A stretch of DNA of 64,000 nucleotides from Phoronis australis (taxonomy: Eukaryota > Animalia > Phoronida). Made by a program: the position numbers and the translations under genes. Positions 11,708 to 25,806 of this stretch are shown piece by piece (the first letter of the stretch is position 1; each line of letters begins with the position of its first letter). The notes under the pieces were generated by a model that was not told the origin of the DNA, did not search any database, and saw only the letters and a list, made by a program, of their open reading frames with translations. The stretch lies in NCBI GenBank assembly GCA_002633005.1, contig NMRA01000074.1, forward strand, positions 1 to 64,000, read 5' to 3'.

Positions 11708-14700
11708 TCAATGGGACGTAATCTTATCATCTTCTTCCAGTAGACCTATTCTGATAAAGTCTTTGAAAGATTGTTTGCATCTGCATGTCGGACATCCTTT
11801 CTTGTCTTCTTTGTATCCAAAGGGACAATCCATCTTGCACAGAGAATGACGACGACAGACTAAAAAGGAAGACAAACAACGTGTACGTTATGCTGTGTTC
11901 ACACAAATCTGGCAGAAAAGAAGTGTCAATATTTCACTACTTAAATGGTACCAGAAGACACTACCAGAAACGGTTAAGTAGCTATAATCAACGATTTGGG
12001 GATATTTCTGTAGGTAATTGCGTAGTTTCTCCTTCAGCCTGACCAAAGAGTTTTTCACTAAAGCTTTTAACATTTGCTAATAGGGAAACATACACGAGTC
12101 CACGTTTTTCCACCATCTTGCATATGGCATCATATAGACTCATGGGCGGCGCATCATAGGGGGCTGAAGGGGCTTTAGCCCCCAAGCCCNTCAGTGCTGC
12201 GCCGCCAATGAGAGTGAGGGAACATTCAATATTTGGATGTATTCAATTTTATTTGAAATTGGCGCCTGCTGGGTTGTCTAAACATTTTTAGTTTTGTGGT
12301 GTGAAACTTACGAATGACATGTTCTTGATGTCTGAGTCAGTGTTCTGATGAAAAGAACGCAAATTGTTCACGCATTGGCCCCCCTATTGCCCAGTCACGG
12401 TTGTTGGTGCCGTTACTTTTTGCAACCGATACACATAACAGAAAGTTCAGGGACTCTTCGGAGACTGGAATTGCAAGCAATTTGTGAGGTCGATACCCAC
12501 ATGTCATATGATTTCTAAAATCTGAAGGGTGTTGGCAGTCAGAGTGCATTGTCTCTCAGATCATGGCAGTCGCATGTGAATGGCATATTTGGGTAAAAAC
12601 TGCTAGATTGGAGTAATTTTGTTTGTTTTTAACGCGGACTTTGTTCGGTGTTTTTGAAGTATTTGGCCCAATATATTGTTCATGTCTTCGGGTTCTGTGT
12701 ACCCTGCAAAACTGAGAGGAGGTGGAGCTTCCTCAACCTGTTGTTCCAACCCAAAATCAGAAAAATCTGTTCAGTGTCTCCTAGACAAACCAATGCACGT
12801 GCGAATTCGATTGACGGTAAAGTACACTGTATGAGATGTTTAAAACTATATTTTTCGAAGGATGTCGACTAGATTCTCAAAATGTAGCAATTATGACATT
12901 CTCAATGTACTCAACATGGTCACTAACTCCTTTGGTTAATTTTAGGGTATTTAAAATCCAATGATTTTAGTATTAATTTGGTAATGCAACCATGTCTTTT
13001 TGGTAAATTTTAGGAAAAAAAGAAATGTACGTCGATCCTAAAACAACCCTATCGACAATACGTCCAAATTGCATTTGGTATGAATGTTCAAGATGCAATT
13101 TAAAAAATGTCACACTTTTCAAAATTATCATTTCGTTTGCGTTATGTGGAACTTCATGCAAAACAATTCGTAACAGCGTACGGGAGGACGATGTATCAAG
13201 CAAAGTATTTGATATTCTTATAGAAAGCTGATCAGTTATTTCTGAGACTGATGTGATGTTCCTAAATTGGTCAAATTTGACCATTTTTCTAGGCTTCTAC
13301 ATGTACATAACGATAGCTCAAAACCGTTGACTTGTATCTTGTTATCAATTCATACGTCGTCAGTTGCTTCCGGAATGCTTTCTGCCCGGGTGTCCCAAAT
13401 CATCTGACTGCGTGTGTACGCTCATGGGCGCAGTATTGAAAAAAGTGGGGCTATAGCCCCCAGACCCCTATGTTGCGCTACCCATTACCCTTTAGCAGTA
13501 AAAAAGCGAGTCTGATTTGTAAACTATTTGCTGGTACCTCTAGGACCTCCACGCCACTACTGTACAACTTATTACTTACATTATTAAAAACCATGATACA
13601 GTATTCGAAACAATAAAAAGGGGTTTGGGAGAGGACTTAAGGATTACATGGAACAGTCAAACTTCCGTCTTTACAAAAACGGAGGACTGAGATCCAGCCT
13701 TCAAATATGGAAAATCGTCACTGGCGTAATCAGAAGTGGACTATTCGACGGGAAGGGGGGGAATGAGTGACTACCTGGGAACAATTTTCACTAAACGCAA
13801 ATCACTTGCGACCGGGCAGGAACTTTTTTGTAATGAATATGGGAGCCATTGTGACCCACGTGGCTACGTAAGAAGAGATCGAATATTTTTTAAAGTTACA
13901 CGCCATTTGTCTAAAGATCGACAAATAGCACTATGTGGTACATTAGCTTAAAAAGGTCCACAGTTACCGACGAATATCTCTGAAGTTGAGCATCCAGCAA
14001 ATGTTTAATATTAGGCCATAGTCCCAGCTCTCCTATCTTTCACCTCGGTGACCACTTTCTGGGGCCAACGAGAACTTTGCATTAAACCCATCTACAGATG
14101 TTCAAAAGTCAATTTCAAAAGAGTTCCCAAGAATACACGTGCACGTTTAGTTAGAATTTTAATTAAAAGTTGGAAAAATATAACCTTAACTAATGTGTTT
14201 ACCACCAGGTGTCAGTGCAAAATGATCCGAACAGCCAATCAAATGCCAGAAAAATATTGTGTCCATACCTTTCCTGATCAAAAGTCGTCTGCTTGGCATG
14301 AAAACATTCATCATAGGTCAGTCACCTGATGTTACCCTGCTGGCTTAGCTAGTTTTTTTACTGCTACTGACAACATTGGATAGTATCAATTCTTGGATGG
14401 GTGTGCAAGTAATAGGCAATTACGAAGGACCAAGGTTCAAAAACCAGCAGGCAGCAGTTAAGAAATGCGAAAAGCCAAATCAAGTGGCCACCAGTGTCAT
14501 CGACATCGTACTGAAACAATTCTTGACACATTCCTGAAAGGCTGAATCATTTCGTGTTTTGCAAAGATCAGTTTTGGGGCAGCTAGGACTCTGCTGAAAC
14601 CATGAATTATTAAACGAGTGTGCGACTTCACAATAGACGCATGGTGTCTGCCCCTTGCTGCATTCATGTGTCAGGTTCAGTGGCAGATCTACGTTTTCAG

Positions 14701-17700
14701 TAAGGGGGGTTTAGGATTCGAGGGAATCCGAGGCGTGTAGCGCCGAGTGGAAGGAAGGTCGGGAGAGGGCTTCCCTCCTTGCGTGTAAGATTTTTTGTAT
14801 TAGGGATGAAAAGAAATGGTTCTATGTTTTAAATTGTTTGAAAGCAGCTGAACAGTGCAATCAATGCTAGTAATGCTTAATTTCCCTGAGCACTTAGACA
14901 AAATGAAATTTCAGTTGTTGGCCATACTGTGTTCTAAAGTGAAGAGCATTTTGGTTATCTACTAATTTAAATAGGATTACTGTAACAAGGTGTTTAGATG
15001 AAATGGTATTCAGGTTGTCAAAAATTTTTGTTTTATTTTGGGTAGGATGCAGGCTTGCAGAGATTTCTTTATCTTTGTCTTTGCCATTAAAGTTGGGCTC
15101 AAAATTTGTGTTTCCTGGTTAACTCATGGAAGACAATGAACCGTTTGTACATGTGTATGCAAGCTGTACGGCGAGTCGTGAACAGTTAACAAAGCACACT
15201 ACCACATATTCGGGTTGAAATCTGTGATCTGCCTCCTCAACATGATTGTTTGCTGCTACATGCTAAAAGAGCAAACTACCAGTGTGCCATTCACAAACTA
15301 GTCTTGCAACAGCATGTCAGTGCACCATCTCCAGTTGGTAATGGGTGGCTTTTGGAGCAGGTTAGTCTGAAGCTCCACTGAACGATTCTGCCTTTAGCCC
15401 ATAAAATGCTATGAAAAATGTTAATGGCAAATGTAAAAGAAGTGGTTGTAATAAAAACATTTACTCTTCTTTGAAGTCAGGCATGCCATTTTCTAAGTTG
15501 TGTAACTTTCCAGACTTAGTGAACACCGTGTCTCAGTCAAAAAACAACTTTTGATGACAATAATGATGATATAAATGATGATGGAGGGCATGAAGAAACA
15601 TAATAAGTGTATGTTATGTTGTTTTAAAAGAACTTTAATTTTTTAACCTAATGGAAAATACTGACAACATTTAATCATGCTGATGACTTTGGGGACTGTT
15701 GGGTGTATTGTTCCCTGTGGCAGTTGACAGTGAACAGCTATGTGGATAATGATAATTAATTGTGACAACTAATGAAAGTGATGACAGTGAATTTGTTGTA
15801 GAAGTGTTGGAAATGTACATTGTTCATATGTAAGTTGTGATATCAAATCTTAATCAAGTTCCATCCAAATGTTTAACAGGATTTGTTTTTTGGCAGATCA
15901 GAATATAGTAGTATGTTTTCTGGCCAACAGGAGGCGCTGCTAAATATTTATTTTTCTCTTTTTGAGCAACTTTCCACCTAATATCATTATATCACTATTC
16001 TTGTTCAGTAACTTCAAATGAACAAATCCCAATCAAATTATTCAGTTTTTGTCTAGTGTTGTTGGTTTTTGAAGGTTTTCTGTGCCAAATTATGCTAAAA
16101 GTCAGTTTTTTGAGGTCAGATTTCTCGATAACGTGGAAGTAAAACCTTTGAAACTTTTTATATTCTTGAAGTATAGTACTAAATGACCTTAAAAACGTCA
16201 AAATTATCTTGCCCCCAAAAAGTGGCCACGGAAGTGATTTTCTAGGCTTCCTAGAGTCGAATGGACTATGGCCTATATCTTCAACACTACACTTCGCTAT
16301 TGGGTTAATGGTGATTTCCATTTTTATTTACTAGTTAAAGCCATGACGCCAATTCATTCAGAGATGTGTACATGTATGTCAATTTGGTCCTATCCACAGG
16401 TTTGCAGGGCTCGTGACTATCAAACGTTACTCTGAAGTCGCTGTTTCGAAAATGTCCCATGCCAAGCTTCGATCCAAATTTTCCAGTCCAGTCTCCCCAA
16501 AAGTTTTTTCGTCATTGACCCAGGCATTTCTATCCAAAATAAGCGATTTTTTATGAAATGAGACCCAGCACTTTAATTCAGAGGACAAATAAATTTTACT
16601 TCGTTTTCTGCATTCGCAAATGTTGCAACCGTTCTTGTCTTTCTTGAAACCATGATTGCAGTCAAGTTGACACATTACATCAGCACACTCTGAAATGACA
16701 TTGTGATATTACAAGTTTTAGCACAGGAGAATATATAAATGGAGTGAGCTTGAAAAGCATAGAACAAGTTGATTGAACTCCAACAAACATGTCAAAAAGG
16801 TCCTTTGCCATGATAGTAATTGCTTTCCATCATTAACAAAAAGTGGGAGAGCACGTGTGAATGATAAAGAGCAAGGTTTTGGAAAGTTTGGACAACGTGG
16901 TCAAAATTGATCTGTTGACGCTCTTTTTTCCAAGTCGAAGCCCTGAGTTACCTGTTTTGGAGTGAAAATGTTTGCTACATGATCATGGAATGGTTGAAAA
17001 CAGTTTTGCGGACCAGTATCCTTGTTTAATACTTATTTTTGGATTGTGATCAAGATGGAAAGGTCTCTTTAAACCTGCATTTTGGAGATCAATTTGAAAC
17101 TGAAATAGAACGACTTTATGGTGGAATATCAGGTCGCAGGTACAGTCGTGGCTCTGCATAGGGCCGAGTTTAATGTGAGCAGATACAGTAAGTACATGTA
17201 CACAGAAACGGAAACCTGCGACTGGAGCTTGTTTTGTAATCATTTACAAACAACGAGACAACACATTTGCAACATTTCTGCATATAACTGTTGTATTTGC
17301 CTAATTTTGTACACTTGATCAATTTCACACAACTCACGACAGATAATAAAACTGGTGTCATTTAGAAACTTCATGACGAGCTTCCTGTATGTACCTACTT
17401 GGTGTGATCCGGCAATTGTCAACTTTGACGTTGTCCACAACGAACTCAGCTTTGCATCCTCCACAGGTCTTGGCTCTGCAACGATCCAATACAGGGATGA
17501 GACAAGCAACCAATGTACATGCACATGTAATTACGAAGAGTACCGACGTTCAATGTGTGACGTTTAGTCGTCAAATGAGGAAAGGCTAAGGTACATGAAC
17601 ATGTGTACTTTCCCCAGTACTACGACCAGTAGCGCAGTCAAAGGATAGCTATATATATCGTTTGTTAAAAGAAACAAGAACTATTCATTGAGATTTCGGA

Positions 17701-20700
17701 AATGGCTTTGTGGCTTGCGACTACAGCAACAACAGACGAAATCGATGTATTGCACTCGTTTAGTGTTCTTGTATCTCACTCCAAATAAGAATGGACCACC
17801 TGTTGCTATAGATACTTCGCTGGCTCATTTCCGCAATCTTTTTGACAAACATCCAAACTAGAGCTTGTGCACTGGTGCCCTCACACGGAATTCTGCGTGT
17901 CAATGCACCATCTTTGCACAATGTCATCATTTCAAAGATGACGCTATGTATAGTGACTGCAAATCTCAGGGCCAGTCCCAGGTACCGAAACCGTCTAATT
18001 CAGAAGTTAGCTCACCAAGTACTAACAATAAGTCGTGGAATTCGACGACATTTCGTGAGTCCGCGCAAAGTAGTTCGACAAAGGGATAATATCGCATAAA
18101 TGAAGCAAAAGAAATGAAGCCTAGTTATAAGTATCAGTTACTGTATTAACTCATAACATTTTGACCAATTAACGAATAGAAAATGGTAATTTTCTTTTCG
18201 CAATAGTTCATGAGTTTATCCAGGTGGCTTCTATGGTACTCTGGTTATACTCACAGACAATTGTATGCTTTAAATGATTGGGTAAAGATATCAGATAACA
18301 GCATAATCATACCACGTTCACACATCACAGTACACATATACAGACCGATCCCGAGGCCAATACTTGGTTACACAAATGCGTGAACTAAAAAAGCTCTCTC
18401 AAATTCAATATAGCGTGGTATGCCTTAGCAATCGTTCTATTTCGTTTTATTATACGACAACTGGTTCTCCTTTCCTCTATATTCGTCGTCGGTTAGATAG
18501 ATATGTCCTTTCCTATTCGCTCACTTTGTTTATGTTAAGGGTTTAAAGCTATTTGGTATCTTATCGAGAAGTCTGGATATTAAGCCAAATATCTGCAAAA
18601 CTCAATAAACGTTTTTGGTAAGTATGAATCCTGTATAATTTAATTCGTTGCTTTTTGTCGATCCTCCTTTATTGGAGTCACGTAATCACGCCTTTTAATA
18701 AACTTTAATAAAAAGAAAAGTGTATTGACGGCAAAATAATGGCTTGGGTAGCACAACCAAATTCCACAAACACTAGTACAGTTTTTAATTATCATTTCTT
18801 TTTTGCAACTTTTGAGTTTTACACTAAAATTATAAAAATCTAATTTACAGCTGCTCGTGCAAAAGTGAAACATTTAGAAACAAATTCTAAAAGAATTGTT
18901 GAGAACAGTGAATGAAGCATACTCTTTCCGCTTCATTTTAGTTTAAAACTTCATAAAATGGATTTTAACGGGATTAAGTTTAGTAGAAACGTAATCCCAA
19001 ATAATGCTTATGTAACACAACTTCAAGTCTATTAAAAAATAAGTGCATTTAATGCAATTTTTAGTTTACTTTTGTTTTAATGGTCAAATGGCCACTGCAG
19101 CGAGTGACAGCTCGTTTACTACGTAAGCCAACACTGCGTGTATAATCTTACTCATATGGAGTACATGTGCCTGCGCGAAAGTAGTTCACTTTTATCCTTT
19201 TGCTCGGTAGACGGCGCTTTTGTAAACATGGTGGCTCGCGATTTCTGTGTTCGGCAGTAAGCCTATCGCGTTTCTTAATCAATGTAAATGTTACTGAAAA
19301 ACTGTTGTAAATGCCGACTAAGATTAATCTCCGAACCGGGAATCTAACCGGGGCCAGTCACGTACGCCTCTGCGGTTGTTTTTGCATGAAGAGTGAGTTA
19401 AAAGGGGTCTGAATTGAAGGTAATAGCTCACTTGCGAGTTTCTCGCTAGTCACTGTGACGTCACCGGAAAGGGGGCAAAACCCGCCATATTGCTCTTGTT
19501 TTGCCCCGAGTCTTTGCTACACACGCTAAAACTTACTGGAGTTACTATGGTGAATTTTACGCTTAAAACGTTAAAACAACTTAAGATATGGTAGATGGGT
19601 CGTGGATTAACTGTGAATAGACGAAGAAAATGTGACCTTGTTATGTTGTGCGAAGCTGTGAACGGACTGAAATTGGAACTTAACCCGCTCTAGGCCTGAA
19701 TGGCGCAGGCATACAGGGGCGATAGTGTATCCCCATAAAAAGATATTCACTTCAAAATACAGCAAATAAAATCAAATGAAACATGCATATGTGCACATGA
19801 AGTTATAATTAACACATACCCTGACTCTGGACACAATTTAGTCTACAAATAACTTGAGCATATTCATGAAAACCTCGCGGTTCTCTCGAGTTTCTCTCAC
19901 TAAAGAGCCGCCATTTTGAGGAAGTTACGTGAAATCACGCCTGTTGACGAACAAAAAGTCCAAGGGACACAAATCTTACAAATTTCACTTGATATTTTCT
20001 CATGCTATTTTGCAAGTGTCACGCGCCAGGTCACGCGCCAGATCTCGCGCTTCGCTCAGTCTCGCGCTAGCCTTTGCCTCATACTCACCTGACTCAGTTG
20101 AACTACTTGATTGTGGTAATCGCGCGCGCGGACAAAGTTAACAGTAACCACAAAGTGGAGTTGGAATTCTTCGCCTAAGTCACCTGAATTCCCGTATATA
20201 TGCTTCATCGAAGATATGCTTAGAAGCAGAAAGAGTCACTGAAGAAAGTAAGAGCCTTTTAGGTGCTAATTTTAGGTGTAAAATGTATTTTCGACGAGGT
20301 GAAAACTTTACCACTGAGCGGATTTCGCCTACCGCCCGTTTAAAATACACGGGACGAAATTAGTACAGAACGCGATAGAACTTATTGTAGTGCGAATCTG
20401 AAGTTCATTTGCCATAACAGCAATGCTTTTGGACATTTTCGAACTAAACGGCTAAAAACTCGAAGACAATAACATAATACACTCTGCTACCGTATTGGGC
20501 AAATGACCAAACGACAAGCTTTTGCCCCACTTCCCGTGACGTCACAGTTAAGTCTCACATAATCTCGCGTTATTGTTATAAACTCGCAAAAGGCCTATTG
20601 GTGATTTTCGACACATCACTGTGTGACTGTGGCCACTTGGACTTCGACTTCAGAGTTCAGTTTTATCACACCTTACTACTTTGGAAACAAGTCGGATATA

Positions 20701-23700
20701 ATGTTTGGTTTTGAGAATGACGCTATCAACATGTTGGATCTGCTTTAAGAAAAAAGGTTGTAAAAGTGATGACAATTTATTGTTTAGTTTTTGATCTTTA
20801 GTGATGGTGTGGTAGTTTACACCAGCTTTAAAAATGTCAATGATGAAAGGTAGAAATCATAAATGACAACATATATCAATAGTCCATTTCAGTTAATGAC
20901 TCTGAAGCAGATAATAGTGGTAGTACCCGTGTGATTAAAGAGTCATGACTTAATGCTTTTGATTTAAAAATCTTTAGGAACTTTCCGAAGTTTAAGCTAT
21001 GAGTGTTTTTTCACAAGAAATGATGTGTGTGTGTGTGTGTGTGTGTTGTTAAAATCAGTTGCATAGTGAGTTAGTCACTAAATGATATCAGTGCTTAACA
21101 TGCTTAAGGGGGTTTTTGATCAAAGAATACTTTTATTGGTTAGAAAGATACATACCAAGAGAACTTGTGCCATGTGATAAAATGTTATTGTTTTATGTTT
21201 TGGAAAAAATAAATGATTTAACGAGATAATGAAACATTACAATTGTGTCTTTAGCATCTAACGTCAATGTACAGTATAATACAGGATTACTTTTACATAA
21301 ACATTTAAAATGTTATAGATTTTGTATATAGTTAAGGTTAAGAATGGATGCCTACATGATGTTCAATGCATATTTTTTGCTTTGATGACACTATCACTGA
21401 TGGTGTTACCCTATCAAAAATTAAAGGGCAATTTTGACAGTAAAATCACCCATGAAAATCTTATTTTAAGATGTGGATTTCCGACTCTGTCCCAAACTTT
21501 TTACTTCAGGATGACCTAAAAGGCAGCTGCTGGGTTCCTTGTTAATTCCAGGTTGCCGTGTCCCTTGGGAGGCATTTTTATTTAGTGCATCTGCATTGAA
21601 TGAATTTATGTTTAATTATTTTTGGCAGCTTTCCCAGGTTTCCGTAAAACTTCCAGGCTCAGATTTGGAATTTCTGGGTATTAGAAAAGGCATAAAAATT
21701 GGTGCTGTGAAACCTCAGTGTTGTGATACGAATAGATGTCATTGAAAGTATTTTTTGTCTGCATTAAACTCACCATTCTAACACAATGTGTCCTTCGTTA
21801 ATTACCACAATTGCCACGTTGTAAACTAATTCCTTGTTTTGGAAGCATTTCACACCATCACTTGTTGATGCCAGAGCCTCAGTGTTAGCATACACACTAC
21901 TTGATAATTTCGTTTAATTTTATCACTAATTGGAACACATAGACGAATTTGGGCAGGGGCTGCCACAAGCAAAATGAAACAGCAACAGCGCGACGTGTGA
22001 GGAAATATAACTAGGACTGGTACTGGAGAAAAGGGGGGGCTCTCGTTCCAGTTTTTTATTTTTAAAATTTTTTTAGTCGATAGATTTCCTGAACAGAAGC
22101 TTCATACTCCGGCCCCCATAACTTTCGGGACGCCTGTACACATACAACCGCGCTCTGCCCAATTCCCCGATGCAACATATGTTGGGGCCCCCCTTCTGGT
22201 CCCTGATCCGCCACTGGAACAGTACTACAAAACTTCACCACTAGTTTCTTCATCATCAGTATCAATTACATCATTAATGTTTCGCAAAAAAATTGTTGAT
22301 GTTCTGGTATTGTAAATTAGTCATAGGCGGATTTAGGGGGGAGCCAGGGGAACCCCCCCCCTCTGGCTGTTGCTAGCAAAATTAAACAGCGTGAAGCGTG
22401 AAGAAATATGGAGTTCACCAACAAGGAACAGGAAGCCCCGGAGCTCGGCGGAATCGGGTTGCCGTTTTTTTTTGGGGGGGAACACCAGGTCAGTCATATC
22501 GCCAGCCCCCGCAACTTTCGGGCGGCTGTGCATACAATAGCGCTTTGCCCAATTCTCCGAGGCAGCATGTTGGCCCCCCTTATGGTATCCTAGATCCGCC
22601 ACTGTTAGTGCACAGCAAAGATCTACTAAAGTTTGGTGAACTGCAGGGCTAATAAGCAAACGAATTGCAGTTCAGTGTGGAAACGTCAAAAGCGCGATTA
22701 GTTGACCTTTCAACTGTGCTTCTTCTGTTAGTTTTATTTTAATCGCACAGTGAACTTTTTATGTTCACTTAGTGATAACTAAACCGTTTCAATGATGTTT
22801 TTTGTTTTAAATTGCTTCAATTAATACTACAGGTACTCCAATATCGTCCGCATTCGTTGCGATTCTATACTAGCGGATTCCATTGACAGGGAGTTCCCCG
22901 ATTATGAATGACAAGGGAGATAAGTCTTTATTTTGATACATAAACGAGTCGACAAATACGGATTTTCTCATCTACAAGGATTATAATTACCATTTTTAAG
23001 AACTTGGTCCTAACTGCAACAAAACTCAACCAAATAACAACAATGACGAAACGTTTTTCTGCGATTTATTTGGCGCGGATACGAACCGATATGATCTCGC
23101 GAGATCCAGCCTCATCACCCGTTTTTCGCGGTACATGTATTTTGTAAATATGATGTGCCATATGTGAAAGACTAGTAGCTAACCGACTAGAGTGACGTCT
23201 TTCGTGAAAATGGTGACAGCTTACTTATGCATTATGAGTACCCGATCAACTCTCGTCATAGGAGATGACTTTTCCATGGAAACCGCGCTCACTGATTAAA
23301 ACACTTAAAAGTTACGAAATGCTTATATCTCTCTAATCATGAGACTCACCCTGCCAGGATTTTGAGTGACGGCTAAACTGATCAATCAGAACGCAGCATT
23401 TTTTGACACACCTTCGTTTCCAGGCCGCCATTTTACCCGACAAACAACACGTTGTTGGATAAAACTTATTGTACATGTATGTTTGTCGACTTTTCGCAAG
23501 GGGGTGGAGCTTGCGATATGTCAATTGGTGAATATAAAGGAAACATCAGTTTTGCATCAAACTTATCAGCCATATCTGAGATCTTACGTTTCCGAGTTGA
23601 GGAAATATGGACACTATTTTAACCTCCAGCATAAGCTCAATAGCTTCGTGAAATTGGTCAGATCATGGTAACCAACATCGGAGGCCTGAGAATCTTAAAT

Positions 23701-25307
23701 GAAAAGTTGCATTTCACGGATAGCCGGGCAACATCATCTCATACCGAAATCCATCGTAAAATATCTTAACCAATCAGGGGGCAGTGATCTTTCATGATAA
23801 TGTGCAATAAGCATTTTGTTTAGACCGGAAGTAGAAAGTGTATTCAAGCTTACTGGCAGACAGCGTTGGGATATGCTGGACAGGCTGCTTTCAAACAGGG
23901 GTCGATGAAACACTTCACCTTTTGGGTGCAGGGTGGCTCACCAACAGCGGTTACCACGTCATCACCTGAAACTCCAGATGTGTCATAGACCTGTCTACAG
24001 TTTTATGCTGGTTATACATATACTTACATGGCCTCACAAAAAAACTAGATGAGAGTATAAGTAATTCGACTGCGCACCGTAGACGCCAAGACGTTCACAA
24101 TGAAAGCTAAATAAATACGGGGCGATTTTTCTCGAATACTAGCATGATCTTCTGTTTTACGACTTCCTAGTGTCTAGGGAACCTAGCCTTGCTAAGCGCT
24201 TCACAATAATTCATTTTTAGAAAAAAATGAAATCGAGAAAACTGAAACTGTGTTATGTTGCTGACGATAGTTAAACAGATTTGAATGAGAATAGGAACAT
24301 TATGGTCAAGTTCCCACGTCTTTTGTGTTTTCTCCGTGAAAAGTTAATTTTTGGACATTATCCCATTTGGAAGTGAATGTAACAAAACTGTTTAATTAAA
24401 GCTCTTAATATTCATTGCCGTAATATGATTCCATTTCAGTAACCAATTAGAACAACAAAATAAGAGTTGGCCGACCTTAAATTTGCTTATTCGAAAATGG
24501 CTCATGTGTGAATCAATTGAAACTTGAGTTAGTGACGGAAATGGAGTCCAACCACTGGAGTAAAAGTCGTAATTCGATTTTTGTGTTTTGTCAGCTAAAC
24601 CAGACGTGATGCACCTTTGAATGTTACACAATGCCATTCCACCTACATAGAGTGGCTCTGCCTTCAAAAGCAATTAACAGCTCGCCACAAACAGACATAA
24701 TGCAGACATACTTTAGAGCTCTCTCTCATCTAATGATTATTTGACACTCTTCTTTGTATTTCGCATGTACATGTACTGGATGACCTGTTTGTGTATCAAA
24801 ATTATTTGATCATGGTGGAGAAATCTTTCGCGTATTAATACAACGTGGATTATTTTAGTAGTGATTATGAGGAGTGTGCGTTTAAAGAGACGCTATCTGT
24901 TTTAGGTTTCATCATTAACACATTTTCCTTTTTTGGTAAGGACATGTCTTATGAACTTGAAAGCTTTGACCAGAGCTACATCATAACAAAATCTGCTGTG
25001 CCTTTGCGCTTTAGAGATATTGCAGGTCTGTTGATTCTTATACAGTCTGTATAACAAACTGAAATAGAGGCCGGTGCAAGGCAGCTTGTCAGATATTACC
25101 GTTCATCTCTACTAGCTAAGCATCGCGCTGCGGACGGTGAGATTGAGGGTTCGAATCTTAGGTATCGTTCTAAATAAATAACTTTGTCTGCAGATAAAGT
25201 TACTATAAAATAAATTTAAACTAAAAGTCAGCTACAGTGCTAGTTTTACGTTTACCTTTACTGGTGGAGACAGCGAGAAAAAATCCCAGGACAATCCAAT
25301 TCTTCAT
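11708..25307 (-). CDS. secreted cysteine-rich antistasin-domain protein (putative serine protease inhibitor), 160 aa, 5 coding exons
   Basis: Exons 25256-25307 (MKNWIVLGFFLAVSTSK, signal peptide), 23854-23965 (GDDVVTAVGEPPCTQKVKCFIDPCLKAACPAYPNAVC), 17399-17475 (QAKTCGGCKAEFVVDNVKVDNCRITP), 16600-16689 (KCADVMCQLDCNHGFKKDKNGCNICECRKR) and 11708-11859 (ICRRHSLCKMDCPFGYKEDKKGCPTCRCKQSFKDFIRIGLLEEDDKITSH*). All junctions are GT-AG with compatible phases 1,2,1,1 (483 nt). Two antistasin-type 6-Cys domains. TATA box upstream. Confidence 0.87.
12141..12210. mobile_element. MITE-like family A copy (70 bp)
   Basis: Inverted termini catgggcggcgca ... tgcgccgccaatg, with the same core as 10873-11012. 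Confidence 0.7.
14012..16275 (+). mobile_element. Academ-like DNA transposon, internally deleted and degenerate, in intron 4 of the antistasin gene
   Basis: 13-bp perfect TIR TAGGCCATAGTCC...GGACTATGGCCTA plus subterminal similarity, and a 3-bp TSD TAT (14009-14011 / 16276-16278). Remnant coding sequence at about 15225-15600 reads LPPQHDCLLLHAKRANYQCAIHK..PSPVGNGW, then a decayed Cys-rich finger (KCKRSGCNKN..KSGMP..LCN) and an acidic tail. This resembles the C-terminus of the Academ XPG/Cys8 protein. Confidence 0.8.
19422..20599. mobile_element. non-autonomous TIR element (possibly ISL2EU/Harbinger-related), intron 2 of the antistasin gene
   Basis: Imperfect termini aatagctcacttgcgagttt / aaactcgcaaaaggcctatt, and an inverted subterminal block ctgtgacgtcaccggaaagggggcaaaa / ttttgccccacttcccgtgacgtcacag. 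The superfamily is inferred. Confidence 0.6.
21024..21046. repeat. (TG)n microsatellite
   Basis: About 11 TG units. Confidence 0.9.
22085..22604. mobile_element. two adjacent copies of a GGCGGAT-terminus MITE-like family (about 22085-22216 and 22323-22604)
   Basis: Shared body (aactttcggg..catacaa..cgct.tgcccaatt..ccga..tgttgg) ending in gatccgccactg. The second copy has both termini (ggcggattta ... tagatccgcc). Confidence 0.72.
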
Positions 25308-25339
25308 GTTGACAGACCGCTGTACAGATGTCGTGGTCC

Positions 25340-25367
25340 ACGCTGAATGGTATTATCGTATTTTATA
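25340..25367 (-). promoter_or_regulatory. TATA box and putative initiator of the 160-aa antistasin gene
   Basis: TATAAAA at 25367-25361 (minus), then ccattca about 20 nt downstream; the ATG is at 25307. The paralog has the same arrangement. Confidence 0.65.
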
Positions 25368-25679
25368 CATGTTCGTCTTGAGGTCTACTCATTAACATTG
25401 CCATTAACATAAGTGAGCAGTATTTGTCTTCACGTCAATCAAATTCATCTGTCGGAGTGCAACTGTTTTATTTTTCTGAGCCTCTCCCAGTGTGTTTGCA
25501 AGAGGTGGTTCATTTTTCAACAATATTATTATTTTCGTGTGATGTGGTTTAATTGAGTGCATAGAACGTGCAAATCACTGTTGGCTCTTCAGATCTTACA
25601 TGCTCAGAAGTTCATAACAATATGATTTCATTCGTAGTCATTCAAGATGATAGGAATAATATGTAAGGAAGACTCCGTC

Positions 25680-25806
25680 AACATTTGGGGTTTTGTTACC
25701 TCAACGCCTAAGCCAGACTCTGACTAACCGGTCCTAATCGATTCACAAATGAATAATCGGGAGTTAACCGCGATGCTAAAGAAAACCTATTTGCTATTTT
25801 CTCTTA
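25680..25806 (+). repeat. dispersed repeat, second copy at about 57348-57488
   Basis: aacatttgggg(g)ttttgttacc..cgcctaagc..ctgactaacc.gtcctaatcgattcacaaat..aagaaaaccta is present at both sites. Confidence 0.75.

Noticed and set aside
16427-16599. Read-through tail of ORF 16427-16675
   Set aside because: A donor at 16599 splices in frame to a second antistasin exon at 11859, so the tail is intronic.
25130-25165. tRNA-like GGTTCGAATC
   Set aside because: Isolated B-box with no cloverleaf; at most a decayed SINE head.
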